Position numbers and translations under genes: made by a program. A model generated the notes under the pieces. The model did no database searches, was not told the origin of the DNA, and was given only the letters and a program-made list of their open reading frames with translations. Positions 36,346 through 49,400 of a DNA stretch of 64,000 nt are shown in pieces. The DNA is from Eledone cirrhosa (taxonomy: Eukaryota), in the NCBI GenBank assembly GCA_964016885.1, contig OZ024740.1, positions 108,190,001-108,254,000 on the forward strand. The letters are read 5' to 3'. Position 1 is the first letter of the stretch. Every line of letters starts with the position of its first letter.

Positions 36346-37715
36346 CTATATATATATATTAGTGTTTTTGCTTTAGCTTGTATGCTGTTGGGTAAAGAAC
36401 GTTTTTCTTTGTTTTTCATTTGTGAACCAAGACAAAGAAAAACTTCCCTCTCCATAGAATAAATGACTGAAACACTTCTCACAACATATGAACTTTAAAA
36501 AATTTCACGCTTTACTAATTCATACAATTTTTGCAGATCTAGCTCATCACTAGTTTTCTTGACTTCTGGGTCTTTTATACACCCTTAGATAGCCAAGTTG
36601 ATGCTGTTAAACCATCAGCCAAAAACTCAGTTATTCATATACAATTTCTGATGCCACACTATCTATAACAAAACAAATAGCTCAGTTCACCTAGCCATCA
36701 TAAGGTATCACAGTGTAAGCTGCAGATTGACAACTGTTTCACTGATTTACTTGAATTCTGAATTTTACCATACCAGATAGAGACTGACTATCAAGTTTGG
36801 TTGTGAAGATCATTATATCTGCTCTATGATGTTAGCTTTAATGAAAGAGGCAGAATATTTAGAATGAGGGTGTGTCATACATTTCCAGTTATGATAGCAC
36901 CATACTATAGGGCCCATGACCCATTTCAGAGCCCCTAAGATTTTGAGAAGGAGGAGGTATCCTTAAATAGGCAACTTGGTACATATGCTTGCAGCAGAGT
37001 AGACTGCTTAAGGCATCCAATGGCCAGGTGGTGGTGTTAAGTCAGTTAACAGATTAAGTATACCACTCAAATAACATAAGTTACTATGCTGTAAGATTCA
37101 TTCTTTGGATGTTTCAACAAACATTACAATGCAATTTGAGTAATTCTATTTCGGATTGGTTGATTTTTCATCCAGAACAGTAGTGTACTAATCTTTTTTT
37201 ATGATACAAGCCCCAAATATAAGCAGCAGAAGATGTATCTACGACACGAAATGTCTCTTTTGAAGCTGAGTATTCTTTAAACCAGTGTTGACCGAAGTGG
37301 GCCAAAAGGAGCACCAGCGTTTTGCAAAACATTCTGGAGTTTGTTAAATATGAATAAATAATATATCTGAAACAATAATTTTTGTTTCATTTAATGTTTC
37401 ATTAAAATTTGGATGGTAGAGATTGTTAAAAAAATATAGGTATAGGGGTTTGTGAGTTTTTGAAAATTGTACAAAGGTTGTATGAAATAAGTTTTGGGAC
37501 CATTGCTTTAAACTAGAGTTATAATAGATTTTAAAAAAAGTTTTACAAACAAAGCAAGAAAGAAACTATTTGAATATCTGTAACAGAACGTTGAAATTAT
37601 TACTACAGTAAAGAGTAATACATAACTACTTGAGTGGAAACAGTCTTTAGATTTAAAACAACATTTGTCCAGATACATTTAGCGATGGATTACTGAAATT
37701 CTCTCTCTCTATGCA

Positions 37716-37757
<42 letters not shown>

Positions 37758-39030
37758 AACTAAAATCAAATTAAGATGGAGATTGCTCATGACTAGTAAT
37801 AAAACGGTGTGAATAACATATTAACCCAATTTTCATATAAAATTCTAGGCAGTTGAGAAGTTAGGAAGCATGTTTAACATAAAAAGCTAAAATTACGTAG
37901 ATTATGCTGTAAGGAATATTTAACTATCTATAATATAGTCTATTTTAATACAAATATATATACCACCATCGTTATTCATATCAACCAATAATAAAGACAT
38001 ATTAGCTCATGTTTTTGGAGCAAGAGACTCATTCAATTTCCAAGAGATAAAATTCTCATTTCTACATTTTATTAAATGTATTTCCCATCATCATCTTTCT
38101 TTACACACAATTGAAAGCCAACCGAATATATTTGAAATTGAAAATACAATGCTTTTTACTTTCATACTCAAAATTACAAAGTAAAAAATATATATAATAT
38201 TAAAAAAATGAACGCATTAAAAAATCCTTGCTATATGTGTTCGTCACTTAAGATTTTCCAACTTTGAAATAATTCCAATGTAAAGTTTCGAGTTATATAA
38301 GTTAAAAGAGTAAATAAGGTGATTTGGACGACAGCACCCCTCATTGTGCTGCTGTCAAAATTGTTACCAAGATTCCTCTCATTCAAACAATGACGTTTTC
38401 TCTAGACTTACTTCATGAGAGAGAGAGAGAGTGATCAAAAGTAACTATGTATTATTACTCTCTCAAACAGAATTCTATTAAACGCAATATAATTCAGAAA
38501 AAAAAACAAAATGATTAATTAATTATAAAAAATTGTTGAAAGCTTCATTAATTATATTAGATAAAGTTCTTGATAAATAAATTTGAAAAAAAAAAAAATA
38601 ATCAGTTTGGATTTTAAAAGAAATGTCAAATTAGTTTAAAGTTGCTGGAAATTTCTCTTTGAATTATTATTATATAACACTGACGGAGATCTATCTAGAA
38701 GAAGGAAATTCTAATCGAAAGAACAAAATGGACATTGCTAATATTTTTTCTCGCCAAGAAATAATCTCTTTCTGAGATGATCATCACACAATAATGTAAT
38801 TTATGAACAGTGGTTACAAAGATAAAACCTAAACACATACAATAATTATACAAGTATATTTTCATTTAATCCGTTCTTTCATTTTTTTTTTTTTAAATTA
38901 TATTTTATGAAATATAATTTACTCCATAAACATCTTTCTAATTCATTACTTACTTTAATTTCGGAAACACCACCACCATTTCAGCCAGTCAATATTTCTT
39001 AAGTCTAATCGAAATAACTACAGCTTTTTA

Positions 39031-39064
<34 letters not shown>

Positions 39065-40076
39065 TAAAAAGCTGTAGTTATTTATATATATATATATGTG
39101 TGTGTGTGTGTGAATATATAATTTTAGAATGACAGAAAATTGTAATTATTGTAGACAACGAATAAGTTAAACAGACGTTTATTGCGATGTAATGTTCGCC
39201 GTTTTGACCATTTCGATATAATTTTCCATTTGGTGATAACTAAATTTCCTTGAATGTCCCCAGGTTTCTTCAAGTGACCTGGGAACATTCAAGGAAAATA
39301 CAAACCTCACATTCGGAATTCACAGCTAGCCCAAACATTTCGGTATCTATACATATAAAGGACTTCAAGTTATAAATACCAGCCTCTTTATCTTTAATTA
39401 TAAATGTATGATATTGAAAACTAAATTATATATATGTGTGTGTGTGTGTGTGTGAGAGAGAGAAGGGGGAGAGCGGAGAATAGCTATAAAGCCTAGAGTG
39501 ACCATAATAAACAAGAGTAATTGAGGGAATACACCATAAGCTATTGGCAGGACAAACAATATATTTTTAAACAGCTGATTAGACACAACTGATCGTTGTT
39601 CCAACAATTATACTGTAACAAAAGGTGAGTTTCTTCACAATATGAAGAAAATAATGCTTTAAGAAAAATACAAACACATTACAAATAATATTTAAAGAAA
39701 ACAGACATCACAGAATTTGTTTTAAATCATGCAATATAGAGACTAAAACGAAGTTTATATATATATTATGTACACACACACACACATATCTATCTATCTA
39801 TATATATATATATATATATACACACTCACAGAGCAGACTTTATACGATGCAAGAGACGGTATTCAATGTCGGGAAAAAAACACAATCGGCTTATAATATT
39901 TAAAGAAAACACACATATATATATAGAGAGAGACGTTCACAAATCCAAAACGATTTTTTGTAATAGAAAGATGGTGATGCAAGGTATGGTTTTCGTGTTC
40001 GGAAAAAAAACCGAGACAGTTTATAATGAAGATGAAAGATCAGAGGGTAATAAAGAAGAACTAGGGATCAACATAC

Positions 40077-40272
40077 CTCGATACATCTGAGCAATAGCAG
40101 TGGCCGAATTCTGGAAAGCCGACCAAAGTTTTTGAGCAGCGTATTCTCTTTCTGTTTGCAATCTCTCCTCCATGTTGGGCTCAGCGTCCAGTTCTTGGAG
40201 GCACTGACTCTCGAAATTGTTTAGCCAGTTCTCTCCCAGCTGATCCGATTGCTGGCCTTCGTCTTGAGCCAT
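40077..40272 (-). CDS. HAPSTR1: HAPSTR1/C16orf72 (HUWE1-associated stress response protein) first coding exon
   Basis: MAQDEGQQSDQLGENWLNNFESQCLQELDAE...QKLWSAFQNSATAIAQMYR resembles recalled human C16orf72 (EHWFSKWERQCLAEAE...QKLWHLFQNSATAVAQLYK). Ends in phase 1 at a G|GTATGT donor (40076). A possible upstream acceptor (TTTCTTTCTGTAG) lies at about 40335. Confidence 0.93.
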
Positions 40273-41349
40273 GGCAATGTGAAATCTGCGCCAGTATTCC
40301 GGCTATTGTTTTTCCTCTCCCCCGTTGATGTAAGCTACAGAAAGAAACTTTTTCGAGGAACCTCTTTTCTCAGCAGCATGATGGCGCACATCAGAAAAGA
40401 GTGAGAATTGAGGTAGCGGTCAAAGTAATGATATGAAAGAAGGGCGGAGGAGGTGCACAGTATGATAGTTTTCATACGTAATAGGAGCGCTGCTTATTAA
40501 CGTTTACATTAAACTTGACCGCCGCTCATCAACTCTTAATGAAGAAAAAGAAGCTGGAATACCGGTGAAGATTAACAATATACAAATGTAATGGTAGTAA
40601 TAAGTGATACGTTGTTCTTAGTTTAAAATATACAGAGTAACACTACTTAGTAGCAGAGGGTAACCAAAAATAGTAGACAGATATTGGTGTAATATGTATG
40701 TACATACATATACATATATCGCTATAGGAGACCCCTGCAACAGAAAATAGAGTTTTGGTGGATCGCCTTTCGTTTTGTTTTCTCCAATTATGAAAAACTG
40801 TATTAAATAATAACTAAGTAATCTTTCACAGTGGAACAATATATTGTATTATTCTCTCATTTTTCCCTTCATTACAGTATCTTCCGTATTGCGTTTCTTC
40901 CGTCTCCTCCAACTTTATTCCGGAAGAACTATCTCACGCACGCGCAGACACTCAAACAACAACAACAAACAAAAAAACACCTTCACTTCGTTTGAACCGG
41001 AAGTAATCAAATGGTTTGTTACAGTTTCACTTCCTTTATGAAAAACGAAGTATCTAATGTATGAAATGTAAACTCTGTATAAATATTTTTGGTATGATGA
41101 ATAAAGATTAAAATAAACCTAATGACAAATATTCTTAATTTCTAAAAACAAAAATAACGGAGCAAATCGATCTCTGTCGAATAAATAAAATCCAGAGTTT
41201 ATTAACGTAATTTCTCGAACGTTATTGATTGAAAACGAAAGTTTTTAGACCCTCATGAATTACAGCTGATTTTATTAGTTTACAGATAGAAATATCTCAT
41301 TACAAGCATGACAGAATTTTAAGTCATTAACATTTTAGTTTACATTCAT

Positions 41350-41392
<43 letters not shown>

Positions 41393-43230
41393 GGAATATT
41401 ACGATTAGCTACGATTGCAAAAAAAAATTAACAATGTTTTGTATTATTTATTTTAAAATAATTTTAAGTGTCTTTTAAAAAGAAAAAAATGTCAAGCTAA
41501 GCTAATATTCTCTCAAGCCTATTCTACGTCTGATCTAAATTTTAACCAATGTGAGAATTGAACAATTAGGCTACTAGAGCAGGTTATCCGATCTATTGCG
41601 GAATATAACGGAAAAATCCGAAAATAATCGGAGCGAATCCAACCGAAGAACAACGACGCCAAAGCAAAAGATTACCGCCACGAAGTGTGAAAAAAAATTT
41701 TTTTTCGTTTTTACTGAAACCGAACGACGCTGCCTCTGGCCGCAACAGACATGACAGCCAAGGTCTCTCCGTCGGACGGTGAGTATAGAGGATCGCGTAT
41801 TACTAAAGCGAGCGGCTTACCCAACCTTCCCAAGCATGGTAGGCGGCCATCTTGTTTATTTTTGTTCATCTTCGACCTGGAAGTGAAGAAGTAGAAGAAC
41901 CAACTCAATCCCTCCATTCTACCAGCTTCCAAATCAACAAACCTCACATTGCCTAATAACATTTTCTTTGCCTTCTGCTATATTTGTTTTTTTTTTTTTT
42001 TACACCTGTTTCAATTTAAAAAAAAATTACTTATACTTTATATATATATATGTATGCCTAGTTATTTATCTGTCGCTCTCTCCGATATATTTATATATAC
42101 GAAAATATACATGTTTGTTCCACCGTGTATATAGGTTGTCGTGCTAAACTAACAAATTACGGAGATCCTACATAAGCAGACCATTCAACATCAGTTTTAT
42201 TACGCATCTATATCAACCAATTTTCCCTTTTTTTTTTTTTACTCTCTCCCTCGTTACGTTGACCAAAGTTCTTCCACAGATTTCCATCTTAGCTACATAA
42301 CACCAAAACAAAAAAATGCCTACTCTACTCTGTAAGTGTAAAGCTTTAATGTGACATTATTAGCAAATACGATAACAGTACGAAGGAGAAAGAAAAAAGT
42401 ATATATTATATTATTCATTTATTTACATAGATACTTGTCTATCTGGAAACATCTCAGACAGACCTCTGAATTTGCTTAGCCGTATATAATTATATTATAA
42501 ATATAGCTATTTTTATATAGTTATATATATATATGTGTAGAGAGAGAGAGAGAGAGAGTGTGTGAGTGAGTGAGTGAGTGAGTGAGAGAGAGAGCAATAG
42601 TAGGACATTTAGTTAATATTGCTCTCTTCAAAGCCGCCTCTCAAAACATTATTACCTTCTTTATAGGTTTTGAGAGAACATTTTTCAGCAACGTAATAAT
42701 TTTCTAAAGTAATTAATATACTGGCACATTGATTTCATTACATGTATTTAACAATTGACATTATCAAATTTTTCGCAATTATTTAACGTTGCAACCTGCA
42801 TTTGTATGTTATTAGTATTATTGCATTATATAATATTTGGCAGTATTTAGTTTTAAAAGCAATCATTAGTTATAGTATTACTGTTTAATTACAGATTGCA
42901 AACAAATACACCTATATATTTACATACACGCAGATATATATATATATATACACATTTCTATATATATATATACACCACTAGTACTTTATTTTCCCTACGT
43001 TCGGTCGATCGCTCTCTCCCCCCACAGGGAAACCTTAATTGTTCGCCTACTTAACTAGCCGGGAGTGCTTTGTCCCTTCCCCCGTGGTGGAAGGGGTCTG
43101 AAATATTGCAGACATTGGGCGCATCACCAGTAAACACGTCAAAGTGACTGTGTCGCAGAAAAGTCCTTCGACTCCGAGGCGAGAACATCGCCATAAGACG
43201 GTCACTGGAGGCGCTGGCGAGGAGGACACG
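40273..43230. promoter_or_regulatory. Divergent (probably bidirectional) promoter and 5' UTR region between HAPSTR1 and USP7
   Basis: CpG-richer and nearly TE-free relative to the flanks. ETS-like CCGGAAGT at about 40997, YY1-like GCGGCCATCTT at about 41843, candidate donor ACG|GTGAGT at 41779 and acceptor at 43027. Confidence 0.65.
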
Positions 43231-43339
43231 ATGAACCATGTTAATGGCAAGACGGCAGACACACAGGAGGAAGAGCAGCCACTACTGCACCACCACCAAC
43301 AACAACAACAGCAAGATGTTGAGATGGAAACCAGAGAGG
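43231..43339 (+). CDS. USP7: Probable ubiquitin carboxyl-terminal hydrolase 7 (USP7/HAUSP), first coding exon
   Basis: MNHVNGKTADTQEEEQPLLHHHQQQQQQDVEMETRE resembles the recalled human N-terminus [27 protein letters not shown]. Phase-1 donor G|GTTAG. Upstream acceptor CTCTCCCCCCACAG ends at 43027. The MATH and catalytic domains are not in the window, so the call rests on low-complexity similarity plus synteny. Confidence 0.72.
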
Positions 43340-43412
43340 GTTAGCAATAATATATTTATATATGCATATATACACACACTACATATCACACATATACATC
43401 TCAACTCATCTG

Positions 43413-43454
<42 letters not shown>

Positions 43455-46400
43455 TCTTAATCTTTTGAAGTCAGTTCAGTTTGTTGTTTGTTACATTTTA
43501 ATATTTATATGTGATGTTTTTATAATGTTTCATTTATTAAGAAAGTAGTATGATGTGAAGTGTGTGTGTGTGTAGTAATATTTTTTCCTTTCCAAACTTC
43601 TCTTTTCTTGTCCTTACCCCAAAACTGTTTTCTCATATCTGTATCACTTCTCTTTATATTTCATAATCTGTTCTTTTTTTTCCCCTCATCTGTATATTTA
43701 AAAAGTAAAAGTATTTAAAATATATTTTGGTAATAAATAATATATGATGGATAACTACGTCTGTCAGGAAAGATAAAATACGGGGTGGGGGTGAAATAGT
43801 TATAATGTGAGGGACCTTTATTATATGGATGTAATGATATAAACTGGCCCCCCTCTTAATCATCTATTAAATAACATTGCACCGGTCATTCTGTTTTGAA
43901 TTGCTTTTTTATACAGTTTACAATTGAGGTAGTTTTTTTCCAGATATTCCATCTAACAAAGATCCATTTATTTACATATTTCAAACACAGCAAGAACGCT
44001 CCATTATTGCCGACATCTCCGTTATAAATTCTCTTCATCTTTCACACACACAATACCTTCATATCTTCTATATCACCCCCACCACATACAGTTTAAAATT
44101 AAATATTGAATTCCTTATAATATTCTTCCTGATTGATCGATCAATGGAAACTTTAGTTTCATTGCACATTGTGTTGAATTGTTTATATACATATAATCGT
44201 TAACACAAAACGACGACGGTTTTCTTATATATTTAAACTAAAACCACCAGTCTATATATTAAAACAATTATCTCACCGGCTATTTTACTTTGTCGATTAC
44301 ATTGAAAAAAAAATACATAAGTATTATATATAAATAAATATATATATATATCTACCATTTATGTATTAGGACATTCCTATACTTCAATCAATATTTGGTT
44401 ATTAGGATGGACATTCCCTCCTCTCAACTTGCTTCTATTAAATATATTTACTTTACAATTTTGTTAAAGATGTACGCAAAAAGATTTCTATACATATATA
44501 ATACGTCTGTATAAACGTTGGAATGGATAGATTTCATTAATCCGATATTTGTAAGTGAGAAGAGAAAGTCAGTAGTTATTATACCGTTATACGTATATAC
44601 TTTTAGCCATTACTAGACGGCGACATGTATTTTAATCAACAATCATACTACATTCATCAGGATTAGTTTATATTGTCTATTGTGTCTTCCTTCTTTATTT
44701 CTCCTTTAAATATCGACCACATTGCTTACTTGTTTTGTCTTTTCCAAATAGATTGTTCTCTTAGAAACTCAGATATGCTTCCACAATCCACTTTAAACCA
44801 GAAAATTAAATATCTATTTTCAAGCCGATGTAGCTTTCATACATTCTATTTTGCCATGTGGTGGCGATGATGTGAATGTAACAATTAAAACCCAACTGTG
44901 CTTTATCTTCTCGTCTCTATTGTATTTTAGTGTCCATGTTTGTTTTGGGTATATTTTGTTATTGTTTCATTTCCTTCAGTATGTAAATAGAATTTCTTAT
45001 TTGGTATTGAAATATCCACGTTAGAGAATGGTTGCTTCCGGACGATTCAGTAAGTAGTTACGAATTAAAACCATCCTAAATATTCCTTCTATCTCAACAA
45101 AACTGCCAACATCTGGATGTAATGAAATGTTATGATGAATAATCATAATATACTACAGTAAGCATACCATTCCTTTTACATGAAACTTTTCACTAAAATC
45201 AATGACATGATTTTTTTGTATATTTGTTTAATCTTTTCATTGCCATATTTCTAATGAAAGATATTGTCTGGTTTCCAAATCCTTTTGAAAATAATAAAGA
45301 ATTTGTAGGGATTTAGTAATGTTGTATTTTCGTTATTCAGCTGGTATTTTGAACATTAACTTACCAAAGGTTATTAATTATAATGAAATGGTTTTAGATA
45401 TATAGAAACACTTTTAAAATAAACAGTTTAGTACTGAAGAACTAGGACTGGATTGGTGTAGGCTTAGTCTTCGGATATAAAATTTATCAGAAATAGGAAA
45501 ACGGTTTTTTTTTTTTTTTTTTTTTTTTTTTTCCATTTTGAAATTAATTATATTTTTCATTTCATTGCTAATTATATGTTTGAAGATTATACGAAATCAA
45601 TTAATTGCTTGATATCATTACTAATTAACTTTGATCAACTTCAGCAATCTAAGTTCAATATTTATCCGTCATGTTTTGCTGTTACAGCTTTGGCCAATAA
45701 ATTAAGGCCATCTTTCTGAACATATCCTAATCCTTTTTCAAATATATATTTTTATTGCAGTTCTTTTATAGAAAGTTGTTTTCTATGTTATCTAGAACAG
45801 ACAGTATGACGGCTTTATATATGAAGCAGCGATTAAAAATGTTAAATGAACAGCTGATTATATTACCTGATCATATATGTAATAGCCTCTTTACCGTATC
45901 TCATAAAATAACAACACCACGTATGAATAGTTGAACAAGTTTGATGTCTCGCCATATACCCACCGATCTCTTTCTTTGTCATCATCACCACCATCATTTT
46001 TACGGTCATTTTATTGGGGCGGTGGTGGTAGACGAGTCTTCACCAGAACAGAGTATCTCCATTTGTCTCTTACCTGTGTCATCAAGTTAGCATTCTGAGA
46101 TCTTTTTAATCACTTCTGTCTATGTTTTCCATACTACATTTGATTAGTTGTTTTTTTTAATCTAGTTTTACTCTGAGCTCACCTAGTATTTATGCACATT
46201 ACCGTTACACAAACATCCCCGATTCATTTTTTTCTAGCTTTGGAAAATTATCTGCGTATCTCACAACAATATAATATTGCACTTCGTATGCAGGTATCCT
46301 GCAACCTCTCCTAGCTCGAAGAAAGAGCCCCATTGTTGCTAACAGAGATAGTAAGCTCTCTGAACCTTTTCCACTCTTTTCTTATTCTGGCTACTATGCT

Positions 46401-49400
46401 TTCAGAGCACCCTCATGTTTATATAAAGTATGTTCTTGATGCCAAATTAATTCAGTAAGGCACATATACTTATAAATAACCTATTTTTTAGGTTTCCTGC
46501 AATATATAAATCAGCTTAATAGATTATCAGAGGCAGAGTGTCAGTGCTAACCTTTGTCGGTTTGGTGAGATTAATGGGGTTAATATACAAAATCAGCATT
46601 TGTTGGAAAAACAGATTGGGACTAGTGATCAAGTCCAAATACTGGCAACAGTAAAGTGTTAGTGTGCAATCTTAGTTCTTGGATACCTCTATGTGCACTG
46701 TCGTTCCTCTGATCTAGCTTATATATAAGCCATAAGTTTCATTGCATGTTTCACTCTTTTCTCTTTGGCAATGCTACATAGTTAAACCAAAGACAGAAGC
46801 CTCTATGTAGTCTCTTAGCCTTTTAAAAATAGCAGCTAAATCGCCATTGTATCACACCCTACACTTTTAAGCATTGGAGTCTTCTAGAAGATCTTGAAGT
46901 GCCGATTTTTTTTACTCAGGTGCACAACACTGATTGGAGTGAAGTTTAACTTTTCTGTTATTTTTCTAATGAAAGACACTGTCTGATTTTTAAAAATTTG
47001 GATGAATTTTACTGATATAGCTTTCTCATTAAACTGGTGTTTGGTGCATGACTTAGTTTCTAACATAAAATTATGAATGTCTTTTTATTTTTTTTTTGAC
47101 AAAACAAACAGCTTTGTATCATAGAAATAGGGGCAGTTTGTTATCAGTTTGACCATTTTGTTATAGATCAGAATTTTGATTTACTATTTTGGTTAATTTT
47201 ACCTGGTATTAGGTTTTATTGAAGTGAACAATATTTTAGATAAGATGTCAGCTTACAACAAAAGCTTTTCCATGACAAAGAACATTGTATTCTTCCTATA
47301 TAAATTTAACAATGGCAGGATGAAGGTTCTGGAAACAATATTTCTAAATGATAGTTATTTTTTGGGTTTTTTTTACTGTCCAGTTATTGCCATGGTTACC
47401 CCATGTTGTGTGACAAGATTCATCTTGTAACATTCAGTCATTGGAAGGTTTTCTGACAATGGCTCTACTGCACTGTGTTGATGATCTTGCTCCACTCCGA
47501 TATAATTTGATCTTCCTTTACATCAGTGGCCTACTTGCTCTTAACATCAGTCTGCTCTTCATTTTCTATATACATTCTCACTTCTGCTGCCAGAACTATA
47601 ATCTTAGAATCAGAATTTGGTAATTTAGTTTCATTGTTCTCTATCAGCATACATAACAACTTAATGCATTGCACACCTTAGAAATGTTAAATTTAATGAT
47701 CCCTTTGATAACCTTTCACAGCGACCCTCACATACTTTACGTAGCCAAGACAATCATAAAGACTGTTAATTTGTTATAGGAATATAGTCACACATTGAGG
47801 ATTACATTCACATAATTTACATCATGTTTGCCTGATAGATATCTTCAATTCTCAATATTCTACAGCCACCAGCTTACTATTCAGTTGTATTCCGTTACAC
47901 AGTCCTATATCTACTATATTTATCCCTTCATAGACCTAGTTCATTAGGCACTGCTGGTATTTATAAACAATGTTTTGGTGATAGGCTAACAGACAACTCT
48001 TCCTTTTGATGGGAAGCCAGTCTATTGTTTTTTCCGGGAGAAGCAATTAGACTTACTTGCTACAAGCCAATAAATTGCTGCTACCTCCTATACAGTGTTA
48101 CTTACATAGAGCTAAATGGGTTGGTGATTGTAAGTAAAGTGTCTTGGTCATATGCACAAAAGAAGGTAAAAAGACTAACTTCTCAGTTGTTTAATAACTT
48201 GATCATTGATTCTTTTAATTTCACTCTCATCACTAAGATTTTCTCCACTAAATACTGTCTGACTTTATTCTTCTTTGCATCTCCTAGATTCCATACTATA
48301 TTCTTATAAAGAACTGCATCATTCAAGAACTGGCTATATATTCTCCAACCTTTTCCAATTTTTTAATAATTGAAACTACATAGATCACATTAAGATGACT
48401 TCAAAGTGCTACAAGCACTGTTACTATACCTCTCTTGCCTTTAAACTTGACATAGGAACAGTAGTAGTCCTTCCCTGAAATCTGATTTTCCCTTTAACTA
48501 GTGAGATAATACATTCAATCCATACAATATATTTCAAATTACTTACGTGTTTGAGTTTTACTCTAGATTTTAACTGAATATTATATTCGATACTTTTAAA
48601 AGTTTATTATTAATCCTATTGTTACCATATTTTAACGAAAGATACTGCCTATGGTTTTCAAATAATTTTGAAGATAAAAAAATTTGAAGAGATTTAGTAA
48701 TATAGCTTTCTCAGTTAGTGTTTGTAACATAAAGGTTCTTATATACAATTATGATAGGTTTCTAGATAAAATATAAACAAACACTGAAGAGTATATTTCC
48801 TAAATATGACTTCATTAATAGCTGTATCAGTAGTAGAAATGCCTAGATTTTGTAGAGTGGGGGAAGCACTTCAATATAACTTATATCAGGAAATTTCTAT
48901 GGGGTTGGGAGTTCAGAATCTTTATATTTCATGAAGCTTATTATTGTCTTAGTCATGTAAATTTGACAATCTTGTCCTAGATTTTGGCACTGGTGAATTA
49001 TATCATCTTGAGGTTATATGAAGTAGCAACGAATATATGTCTTTGGATATGGAAATGTTTTGGTTGTGAATACATGGTTAGCAGCATTAAAAATAGTTTC
49101 AGAAAGATTTCATTTAGAAGAAAGTCATATGGTATGTTTTTTATCATCTTTTTGTTTCTTCTTTATAAACTCGAGCCTGTTTTCTTCAAGCCCTCAACAG
49201 ACCTGTATGTGGGTGGGTGTGTGTGTTTGTGTCTATATATACACGCACACATGCATAACCAAGCAGCCTAAGACTTGTAAGTAAAATTGGGCAGATAGCA
49301 ACTTTGCAGAAGCCAGCAAAATGGATTGGGAGTCCCTGCAATTTAAATATCCAGCATTATCACTTGAGGATTATTAACAGTATGCATATCCATGAAATAT

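Larger units (their letters stand above)
33903..36581. repeat. Inverted duplication 33903-34342 / 36167-36581
   Basis: Near-identical reverse-complement arms of about 430 bp. The right arm lacks about 25 nt near 36300. Confidence 0.92.

Noticed and set aside
39180-39375. Hairpin 39244-39298 with nearby GAAATGGTC...AATAAA on the minus strand as a hammerhead
   Set aside because: No CUGANGA with a matching stem I. It is possibly a decayed PLE end but not supportable.
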